A stretch of 64,000 bases of DNA from Amphiscolops sp. MND2022. Its lineage: Eukaryota. The stretch spans positions 28,274,001-28,338,000 of the forward strand of contig OZ076409.1 in NCBI GenBank assembly GCA_964187785.1, written 5' to 3'. The notes below the pieces were generated by a model. The model had not been told where the DNA came from. It did not search any database and saw nothing but the letters and a program-made list of their open reading frames with translations. Each line of letters starts with the position of its first letter. Positions within the stretch are counted from its first letter, which is position 1. The position numbers were made by a program, and so were the translations under genes. Below are positions 1-10,223 of the stretch, one piece after another.

Positions 1-2795
1 GTCTTTAGTAGCTTTTCATCATTGGTAGTTTCGTCTGCGATTGTTCGCAGGTCCGTTGAAAATTTTTCTTCAACTTGTCGTACAGTTTCTTCTAAATCCC
101 ACTTGTCTTCATACTGTACTTTGCTCGCGGTTCCCATTTGTATGTATCTCAGACTGGTTGCGCCCAGATATCTTTTAAAGTTTATAGCCGGTACGGCTAT
201 TGTTTGGTCTGAATCTGAAGACATTGTTTCCGTTTCGTCTCACTGGTCTACGTTTACGTTCTCTTCTTCGTACTGCGGTTGTTGTTGCTGCTGTGTAATG
301 CTGCTGCTCGGGCCTGCTTCGTCTCGTTTAGGTAGATTTCTGATCCTCTCAATTACTCTGTGGAACTCTATTTTTCGTGCTGCTTCTTCCAGTGCTTCTT
401 TATTATTCTTCTCCATTTTCTGCCAAATTAGTCTATTTCTCTTTTGCCATAAGTCTACTTCGATTCTCTTTAACTCAGCTCTCAATGTTCTCGGGGGTGC
501 GTATTTTCTCCACTGTCCTTTGGTAAATCGATAATCGCCCGGTTCAGTAATTTCTCTCCATCTGCTGGTAAGTCGGAGTGTGTCTTCTGATGGATCATCT
601 TTCTCGATGCTTTCAATTGTTTTAATGTCCATATTGATTGAACGGTGATCGAATTTGCGGTATGAATTGTTTGGTTCGCTCGTTTGCAAAGTTTGGAATG
701 GCTTGCGTTCGTTTATCTGATTTATGGTGAGTGGTTGTTTGTTCACGCTTCTTGTCTGTGTTTTGCTTCGCGGTGTTGTTGTGCTTCGCGGTGTTGTTCT
801 CCGTTTGCATCGTCGCTTTCTTTTCATCCGAGATGCTGCAATTCGTGTTAATGAACTCCAGTAGAGGTATTATGCAATTGATTACGTATTCTTCGTCGTA
901 ATTCTCAATTGGTACCGGCTTTGCTACTGGGTTTCTACTTAAACAATCCGTCAAAGTCAAGTGTTTTCCAGCGATATGCTTCATGTTGATATCAAAGTGT
1001 GCCAATCTATCCAACCATCTTGTTAATGTTGCACTATAAGTTTTATTTGATGTATTCCTTTTAATTAGCGGCTCCAGTGCTTGGTGATCGGGAAGTATTT
1101 CAATTGGTTTTCCGTATATGTATAGGCGAAATTGTTCCCGTCCCCATACTACAGCTAACAATTCTAGTTCGTTTATTGCGTACTTTTCCTCCGTGTCCGA
1201 TAAAAATCTACTAGCGAATCCGATCGGCTTTATATTTCCATCTTTTTGTTTTTGCGATAATGTTGCCCCCAATCTTTTTGTACTGGCGTCCGTTGTTAGG
1301 ATATTTTCGTTATCGGCGTTAAACTCTGCTAGGCATGGCAGGTGTGTTATTAACTTTTTTAAGTTGTTAAACGCCTCCGTATGTTCTTGTGTCCAATTCC
1401 ATTCATTTTGTTTTTTCAGTAATTTTCTGAGGATATCTGTTTGTGCTGACAAGTTTTCTATGTATTTTGCCAGGTATTGGATTGCGTCCAAGAATGATTT
1501 TAGTTCTTTTCCGTTCTTTGGTTTTTCTATCTTTGTGATTGCTTCCAATTTGTCTTGTAGAGGTCTGATTCCGTTTTCGTCTATTCTATGTCCAATCCAT
1601 TCTGCCTCCTGTTTGAAGAATTCGCATTTGTTTGGGTGTAGTCTGTACCCGGCTTTTTCTAGCTTTTCCATTGTTTCTTTTACCTCCGCTTCATGTTTAT
1701 CTAATGTTCTTTTGGTTACGATTATGATATCGTGCAACCAAGCGTGCTGTTTGAATTCTAGTGTTTTGTCTATCCGTTCCTGGAAAATGGTTGGTATGTC
1801 TGCCAGTCCGTAGAATCCTTTGAGGAAACGGTAGTATCCCGTGAATTCTCCTCTTGTAATGGTGAATATGCAGAGATATTTTGTTTCAGCGTCAAGTTTG
1901 ATTTGTCCATATGCGTAATCAAAATCTAGTTTTGTTAGCCATATTTCGCCTTCTTTTTCTTCAGATATTTTTCGTGATATTCTCGATATCAGTTCTTCCA
2001 TATTTGGCATTTGGGTTTTCTTTTTATTGTTGCTTCGTTCAATTTTTTTGAGTCTAAGGCGATCTTTACCAATTTGTCTTTCTTCTTTGTAATTACCGCG
2101 GGGCTCACAAAACAATTTTCGGTTATCTCAGTTGCTCTTTCGAGATAACCGTTTTTTATTAGTCGTTTGATTTCATTGGGTACTTTTTCTTGTAAATGGA
2201 TCGGTACTGGTCTGCCTCTCTGTTGTAATATTTTTGCGTCTTCTTTCAGATTTATCTTTACCGATAAATTATTTATTTCCGTGTTATTGTAGAATAGGTC
2301 CTTGAATTCGTTTTTTAATTTCAGGATTTTCTTTTGGGTTTCATCCAGTTTGATGTTTTGTATTTTGAAGTTCTCCGTTGTTGTGTTGAGAGCTATACCT
2401 AGCCGGTTCATCCAGTCTAATCCCATTAACGGTGTTGTATTTGCTTTAGTGATTAGCAGTGGTAATTGTAGCGTCGTATTGTTTGTTTTCACCGTTGCTA
2501 GTGTTTGCCCCCGGAATTCAATTCTATTGTCGTTTACATCATTGTAGCTTGTGTTTAATTTCGTTACCTCTGAAAAGTCCTTGAAAAGTTTTTGGGGTAT
2601 TAGTGTGACTGGTGATCCGCTGTCTATTATGAATTTTATTGGTACGTCATTAAATAATAGCGTTGCGTGGAAGAAATCTTCTTTTTTCTTCTTGTTGTTG
2701 TTGATACTTTGTATTTTGTTGTAATCCCAGTCGTCTTCTTCAGCTGAGGATGATATTTTATCCACGTATTGTATTCTTTTTGGGAGTCTGCACAT
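1..2795 (-). pseudogene. pol pseudogene (PR-RT-RNase H plus long linker) of the decayed gypsy element
   Basis: ORF pieces 1989-2795, 622-2115 and 240-827 are joined by frameshifts. There is a stop at 240-242 and the reading frame continues to the window edge. Confidence 0.85.
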
Positions 2796-3700
2796 TTTTT
2801 CGTAATGTCCCTTCTTTTTATAGCTTAGGCATTCTACCGTTCTGGCTGGGCAAATGTGTTGTCTTGACCAATTAGGTGCTCCGCACTGTCCACACCGGTT
2901 ATCTTTGTATTTTTGTTTCTGATATTCCGGTCGTTTCTTGTTCCTTTCGTAACTGGATTTTTCTGATCATTTTTTCTTTTGGGGCCTTTCCTGTACATGT
3001 TTTACGTTTCTTCCGTCGTTTGAGTTGTTTGAATCGTTTAATCGATCATACATGTACTCGTGTATAAGATCGGTAATGGTTTCAATTGTCATGTTGCTTT
3101 TCCGTATCTTTTTCTTTAGTTCATAATCTCCCGTTGACCTTCCAATTAATGACAGGAACTTCGATGCAATGAGCTCGGCTGGTGTAACGTTGTCAAATTC
3201 ACAGTTTTTCTCTGTCTGGAGAATTCTGGTCCATACGTCTTCAGCTGTTTTGCTGGGTTCTCGTACTATTCCAAAAAAATCGGCTCGACTATGGAAATTG
3301 TTTCTTTCTGGGATGAAGTGAAGTCTAAATAATGAATATAGCTGATTTATATTCATTTTGTTTGGGTCATTGTCTCTCTCTGTTTTTGTCATTTCGGTGA
3401 CCGCTTCTTCTCCCAGAGCCCAGATAAAAATATCCTTTATTTTATCTCCAGTTCTTCTCTGTAGTCTTCTATAATCTCTTTGTCCGTTGTCATTCTGTTT
3501 AAATCGATCTTCTGCGTCATTTTGACATACTGTATAAATCGTCGACACCATAAATTGGCCTCTTGAATGGCCTTCTTCTCAAATATGGGTAACGTTATTT
3601 TTTGGTGTGTTGTTGGTCTCCCCTTCTTTTCTCCGGATTCTTCGCTTGAGGAGTTTCTGCTTGACACTTCTGTCGGGTTCGTCTCGTTCTTTTGACTCAT
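2780..3700 (-). pseudogene. gag pseudogene of the decayed gypsy element (frameshifted)
   Basis: MSQKNETN...WCRRFIQYVKM, then a frameshift into DIFIWALGEEA...SRADFF...ILQTEKNCEF, followed by CGQCG...HICPA and degenerate C..YKKKGHYEKMC knuckles. Confidence 0.75.
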
Positions 3701-3713
3701 TCTAACTGCGCCA

Positions 3714-4025
3714 TGTTGAATGTGATCAGTTATATTCAAAAGAGGTAAGAAGGAATGTAATACTGAATTGTAACTGTATCTAATGTTTTGTGTTTTGTTA
3801 AGATATACAGTAATCTTCAGTACTATGTTAGCAGGTACATTATGTAATATGGTCATAGACAGTATGATATGAAGGTATGTAATCTTACATGACATTGTGA
3901 CCTTTAGGTATACCATGCTCCATTCTACATTGGAGCTGGTTATATTCCAATTCTCTTCCTGAAAACACGTGACATCGTCCGGATGTCTTTTCAGTAAATC
4001 GAGCTCATTGTCGATCGTTCTCACA
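3714..4025 (-). repeat. Putative 5' LTR (~312 bp) of the decayed gypsy element
   Basis: On the minus strand it begins TGTGAG (4025) and ends CAACA (3714), immediately followed by TGGCGCAGT (PBS-like, 3713-3705) and the gag ATG at 3700. The partner LTR is not in the window. Confidence 0.6.
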
Positions 4026-5933
4026 AAGTAAAAGTTGTTTGAAATTACCTTTTGAAATTACAAGGCATACGTACTTCAATTTAGGAGTAGAATAAATTAG
4101 GCCTTGCCCTAATTAGTAAGATTAACGAACGGCGGACTTCAAAACTAGCAATTTTACTAACTGCTATGTTTGGACTTGTTTTGAAAACTTGGTGCAAAGA
4201 TAAAAGTATCCACAAAGTTCCAAAACAAAACAACAAACTATCAAACGTGCTTTTCAGAAGAGAAATGCAATTTTTCAACAGAGAGTTCCAAAGTTTACTA
4301 TTTGAATGTGTCCAATGAAGGCTTTGAGAAACCCTTTTTTCAGTTTTTGACTTTTTGAAGTACTTTTCAGGCTTCAATGCACATTTTGGAAGTAGTGATT
4401 TATGTTACGATACTCAGAGTGCAAGAACAAAAATGTAACTTTCAAGAGACAAAATCCTCTTAATTTTGTGAAAATTTTCCACACAGTGAACCTTAGCAAA
4501 AAAGGTTAAACTTGGTCAATTTTTGACTGTTTTACACTACTTCCGTAAAATACATGCATTTTGTGTTCGCTTGAACATCCAGAGATTTCAAAAACAAGTC
4601 ATTTGTATATTAAGCATAATGTTTTGCAGAGTCAATTTTTTTACAAATCGAATAAATGGGCATCAAGATGTTTCACAAATTGACTTCGCGACGACGTACT
4701 GTTGTTTTTGCCTGAGTTCTGCGTTTTTCGTCGTCTTTTATCACGCTACCTGGCTAGTTAATTGTCGAATTCCTGAGAAACAATTGCTGTATAAATTCTT
4801 TTAGAATTTTGAGGAAGAAAAGTTTTGCGAAAAAACGCCTTTCAGAGTTGACAAAATTTTGACTAAAAATCAGTTCTTTGATTGCTTGTCAAGTTTGTGG
4901 CAAGCATCCAATGTCAAAAGCACATCCCCCTCCACCAGTCGAGTGCAGTAATCTTAGTCTTGATGCGTTTTTTTCTTGATCAAGTTCACCTTTCTTTACG
5001 AGTTATTAACTGGTTTCCAAGTGTCGGAGACATTTGCAATTGAAGCTTTTGCGGAGGTTCTCCTCGAGTGTCCGATAATATTCCTGCATACTGATTATGG
5101 GGTTGATAGTGAAAATATCACAGCGTGAGAAAATCACTGCAAGCTTAGCAATGAAAAGTCAATAGCGAATGTGTTTTGCACTATTTTGTAACCTCGTATT
5201 ACATTGATGCTCATTTTAAATGCGTGTTTTTGAAACATTTGACTTGGGTTGTTTTAAAATTCTCATGGTTGGACATTCATTTTTCACACAGATTCTGGTG
5301 TATGTGTTCCGCCTTTCCTTTGACTTGCTTGATTATTTTTATATCACTCACCTTGTGCCCAAATGTCTGACCGAACGGAGTGTAGTAAATGCCAAGGGAA
5401 TCTCCGAGGTGGAGGAATCTGATACATAGGATAAATCATTTTCAAATGCAGCAGTTTGACGTCAATTTTGTCGATACCCACTGTACATCAGCTTCAGTGA
5501 ACAACGCACCTGAATAGACACGCAAAGCACAATTAGTCGCTCCCCAAGACACACAATGCTCAATGTTTCGGTTCCATTGCAACATCCGACAAAGATACTT
5601 AAATAGCACCTCAATATAAAAGCAGTTGTTCACTTGCCAGCCTACATAATAAAAAAGCAGGACTCGACTTGAAACGTCATTTTTAGCACTTGTTGGCATA
5701 AATCTAGATTCACCCTACACCATGAAAACGCCATGGAAACACGAGCAGGACAGATCTTTAGGTTATCCACTGACACGGCAGATGAAACAATTGCTGAATG
5801 GTCAATTCGAACAACTCTTCAACGAAGTTAAGACCCTGCAACAACCACGGAAAACAACGATTAAATACAAACTTAACGCTTTCAAGGAACTCGATCAACA
5901 TATGATAGCGCGTAAAGTTTCAACTGCCTTGTG

Positions 5934-6375
5934 GGGAAATGGACGATTGAGTCCCAAATGCAAAAAGCGACAATTGAGTCCCAAAACAAATTGAGTCCCA
6001 AAATAAATTAAATTTTGGGGGTCGACAATTGAGTCCCGTGACAATTGAGTCCCAAATAATTCAGAAATGAAATATTATTATAACGTAGTCAGATATGTTC
6101 ACATACCCCTAGTGCCCTAAATGCAGGAGCGAAGCGGAGCGACGTGCCATATGGCCACGCCTCAATGTTGCTACTTGGCGAAGGGAGCGAAGCGACCGAG
6201 CCATACAACAAATATGCAACCTTTTCAATTGTCGCTATTTACATTTGGGACTCAACTGTCGGCATTTGGTAAGTTCGTCAAAGTAATTTGTTTGGGACTC
6301 AATTGTCGCGGGACTCAATTGACGCTTTTTGCATTTGGGACTCAATTTGTTTTGGGACTCAATCGTTGCCTCACC
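5934..6375. mobile_element. Foldback/MITE with GG...CC ends, arms built of ATTGAGTCCC repeats, 8-bp TSD
   Basis: Left arm has repeated attgagtccc and right arm has repeated gggactcaat. It is flanked by direct repeat GCCTTGTG (5926-5933 and 6376-6383). The internal ~130-bp core recurs elsewhere in the window. Confidence 0.75.
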
Positions 6376-6803
6376 GCCTTGTGATGCTGCGACGAAACAC
6401 AGAAAGGACAAAGTTGTCATTGAACGAACTAACTTAAACAGGAAAGTACGAGATACAGGTCGACAAGTACCCAACACCCTCAGATCCATGACCCATGTTC
6501 ATCGCGATGCATGTAAAAGTACAAAACCTCGGCCCTCTTCATTCCTGGACTCCAATGTCCAGAATGTTGCCGAACACACAGTGCTGCTTCGACGGCAGGG
6601 TTCGAAGCACCATGCAAACAATTAGGCGAAAATCTCATAATCGAAAACTAGCATCAAGTCAAAAACCCAGCCTTTCACACCAGAATGTTTCCGCAAAACG
6701 GAAAAACGTCTCGAAAACGAACTGTCTCCTGAACCACATCTGACATTGTGGCAATCTTTCAAGGGACAGAGAAGACAATCTCGGAAAATGATTCACCTGC
6801 TTT

Positions 6804-7517
6804 TGTAACGGCAACTGCCCATGTCAAAATTTTCGAAGCAAAAATTCGTTCAAGTCTGACGTGGCACTCAAACATGCTCCAGACGAAAGACCTGTCAAAA
6901 AAGCAGATCAGAAATCAGAAATCGCCCCCGCGAGAGACGACGAAAAGAGAAGACGTAGAAAACAGTCCCTAGAACACGGTGATGTGCCCATCTTTGGCGT
7001 TTGCACTACATAGGTAACAGAAACCGGTGTTCCAGATGCTCGCCTGAAGATCCTGCGGCGTCCTGTGCGGTGACGAGCGCTAGCGCTGGGAAGCCATGGT
7101 CAATTCGCTCCTGCTAAATAACTCAAACTTCTGATATTGTTATGCTTATTGTGCTTTTCTTGTTGTAGTAGATTGATATGCTCGAGAGCTGCCCATTTAC
7201 ATCTTTGGTTACCCCTTTTTGATGTCGATTTTATCAGATTCTCCAATACTATGGCTCAACATCCTCCTGTTTTCAGCCCCCTTTTTAAAGGCTAATTGAG
7301 CAGTGGTCTTGAGACGTGCAAGATGCCCGTTACTTTTAGCAGTTACAGACTAGGACCAGGCCAGAGAGTTTCCAACAAGACGGTTCCCCCACCTTGGGAC
7401 TGGCTCCTTCGGAGGGAAAATGAGCTAGGGCCGCGGAGATCTAAGTCCCGGATTACATTCGCTGTTCTAGTTCCTCCATTCTACGTTGCGGTTCAAGCGC
7501 CAGCGCTTATCGTTACA
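6804..7517 (+). repeat. 5' LTR (714 bp)
   Basis: TGTAACG...CGTTACA terminal inverted 7-mers. Identical to 24985-25698 except T7205/A25386 on by-eye comparison. Confidence 0.97.
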
Positions 7518-7532
7518 TAGAACCTCATTTTT

Positions 7533-7550
7533 TGGCGACCACAGAGGGAT
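7533..7550 (+). promoter_or_regulatory. Primer-binding site, probably tRNA-Arg(TCG)-type
   Basis: TGGCGACCACAGAGGGAT resembles the reverse complement of the 3' end of metazoan tRNA-Arg(TCG) (TGGCGACCACGAAGGGA). It lies 15 nt downstream of the LTR end. Confidence 0.7.
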
Positions 7551-8728
7551 CGTCTTGGGAAGCTTTCCCTAGCGGTTTTTAAAAGATCTGGCCCCCTGGT
7601 AATCAGCGCCAAGCCCGTTTTGACTCTGAAGAAGGAGAGAGAAGCAGAGTTTTGCCCTTTTTAGTCGTGTGACATTCTACTGGAACTGGGAGAGGCGTTG
7701 AACCAGAGAAAACCCGAAAAAATCACGTTTTCAGGTGTGAAAATGGTATTTTTAGGTGTTTTGGAAGGAAATCGATATTTTTGTGTGATGTGTTGTGTGC
7801 CCATCAGCGGGTATCTTTTTGCAGGTGCTGAAGACCGTAGCACGTGGCTACGGGTGTTTAACAGGTTTTGCAAGCTATTTTCAGCCATTTTATGCCATGC
7901 AAGAGGGTGACTGGTGGATGGCTGACCATGAACCAGCGAGGCGAAGGGGAAGTCAAATTGTGTGTTGCCTACTTCCTACTCCCATTTCTCGTGGAGACGT
8001 CCTAGAGGTATGGTTTTTGGTGGACAGCAAGTGCAATTGCAGACGATGCCAATGGTCCAAACCGCGTGTCTGTATCTGGTCTGGATGTGGAGAAAAAGCG
8101 TGGTGAAGGTGCACCCCCTGTGACCGGACGCGTCGCTCAAATGGCTCATGGTCGGTGAAATTTTTGAAAATGCACCTTTTTCGACGGGGAATCGTTGGTG
8201 CAGGTCAGTAATGTTTTATTGTAGATGTAACGACACCCTACGAAGTGCTTTTCTGTAAAAAAGATAGCACTTGCGTGAAAAAACCCTGATTTTGCGTTTT
8301 TTTCGTGTTTTTCGTGGTTTTGAGCACTTGTGCTCAGCGGAGCCAGGAAAACTTCGTGAAAAGTGTTGTAAAAAGCAACTGCAAGGCTCGAGAAAGCGAG
8401 CACGAGGCACAGAAGGCCGTAATTTTGCCTTTGGTTGTGATAAAAGTGCCGATCTAGCACCAGAAAATTGCAAAAAAGTGGAATTTTGACCAAAATGGCA
8501 CCCAGAAACACAGGCGTACACTGGTGTAGAAGTATGAAAAAGCAGTGTACGGTGTTTTGTCAAGCGTAGTAAACCCACAGGACACTAACTGTAACTTTTA
8601 CAGCGGATTCAGGCAGCCTGGGGCTGACACGGTGCAAAAAACCGGTAATTTTAGGTGTTTTTAAGCATAGAAAGTGCATTGTCTGAAAGTCTTAAGTGTG
8701 AAGCTTAGTGGACCAGAGCGAGTTTGAA

Positions 8729-9002
8729 CGCTCTTATTTTCCGTTCTAGCAATAAAAATAGCGCATTGTGGTGAAAACCGCGTGCAGAAATTCCTTTTCA
8801 ATGTTGAGAAAAGTTGAAAAACCTATAATTTTGGTTAGTTTCAGGAGTGTCCCAGCGCACAATTAAAACCCCCTGGGCACTCTGTCTTTTTGTTAGCTAG
8901 GAGCTTCCGCGCTCTCATTTTCTGTTTTTATAAAAAAAATAACGCATTGTGGTGAAAACCGCGTGCAAAAACTCCCATTCAGTGCTGAGAAAAGTGGAAA
9001 AA
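8729..9002 (+). repeat. Two ~93-bp imperfect direct repeats in the retroelement leader
   Basis: cgctct.atttt...aaaata.cgcattgtggtgaaaaccgcgtgca...tgagaaaagt.gaaaa at ~8729-8821 and ~8909-9002. Confidence 0.8.
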
Positions 9003-10223
9003 CGCACTGGATTTGATCAATTTTCCACAAAACCGGACTGTCTCTGAGCTAGGGTCGGGTCATCGATTCCTGAACCCTAGCCAAAAAGTGGTTGCATTTT
9101 CGTAACCACCACAAAAAGTAACGTTAGTGCCGAAATTTTGGTGGGCGTATCGTTCCCCAAAGTCGAGAAAAGCTCTCTGACGTTTTGACTCCAGAGAAGC
9201 TGAAAAAGCCGAAAAAATCCAAAACTGCAGGACTGTCAGTGCCTTATATCCAACGGGCACAACCAATTGAGGGTTTATCCCAGTGCTACGGATAGTGGGG
9301 CGACACGTTGGTCCCATTTTGCCCGCCGTATCACTTTCTGAGGTGATCCTCTTGGTCAATTTGTGAAAAAAGTCGTCAAAAACAGTGTTTTTTCGTGTAC
9401 AACGTACATAGTGGGTCGGAACTTCAAATAAGCGCTTGCGCTTCAATTCGACCATATCAGTGGCATTGTAGGTGCCCACTGGCATAAACTATTAAGTTTG
9501 GTGCCGATCTGTGCGATAATTGTCGAGAAAATAGGAAAAACGCGGCGCCCAAAAAGGTGTGCAAAAAGGCAGTTTTTTCTTAATTTTTCCAAGTAACCCG
9601 GGTACCTTAGCCGACGGGTGGGTCTATATTGCAGCCCACCATCGTAACCTGTGCTAGTTCCTACGTCGTTGCAGAGAATTTGAGCTTGCTAGCTTTTTTT
9701 CAGTAAACCGCAATCTTGAAAAAGACGTGAAAAACAGTGTATCCCGGTACATAGTGGTACCGCACGTCTGTACCTAGGTGAAACTGCGTAGAAGGGGTGC
9801 AGCTCAATTCTGTGTTTATTTTCGTAAACCTACACGTACCTAAGATCTGCTGGTCAATTTTGGGCTTGATACAGCGCCTCCAGCGCACACACGAGCCTCT
9901 TGAGTGTTGTAGTGCAAATTTTGGAAAATCCAAAAAATCTTTGAAATTCTTCCTGTGAGTGACCGGAGACGTTTTGCCCTGAACCAGGTTGATTTTCTGG
10001 CCCAGTGTGCTTGTGGAAAAGCGCTGTGCAAATTTGAACAGCCTACGAGCCTTAAAACGTATTTCGAGAAATTTGGGACGTTGCGAAACAGTCAAATTTC
10101 TTAAGTCCACACCGAGACGAGCCTAGAGCTAACAGCGACTCGACAAATCCCGCGTTCTTCGAGGCTTCTTTAAAGGTTACGTCCGAATCGTTGACACCTG
10201 CTCTGCCATTGGCATCGTGTGTA

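Larger units (their letters stand above)
1..4025 (-). mobile_element. Decayed Ty3/gypsy LTR retrotransposon (5' LTR, PBS, gag, protease, RT, RNase H; integrase and 3' LTR beyond the window start)
   Basis: Minus-strand ORFs in order gag (3700->2967, two frames), CCHC-like knuckles (~2895-2780), protease IIDSGSPVTLIP (1989-2795 ORF), RT/RNase H (LDFDYAYGQI, FYGLADIPTIFQ, WLHDII, TTDAS, NELELLAVVW in 622-2115 ORF). Several frameshifts and stops. Confidence 0.9.

Noticed and set aside
22..1813. Plus-strand ORFs 22-534 and 1118-1813
   Set aside because: Antisense to the gypsy pol pseudogene.
4030..5920. Possible decayed DNA-transposase or other coding remnant
   Set aside because: Only short broken ORFs and no motif I can confidently assign.
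5940..6365. CRISPR-like short repeats
   Set aside because: Irregular spacing, inverted arms and a TSD indicate a MITE; the context is eukaryotic with no cas genes.
6748..7520. Short ORFs within the LTRs (and their copies at 24839-25719)
   Set aside because: Non-ATG starts, they cross LTR boundaries, and the duplication is explained by the LTR itself.
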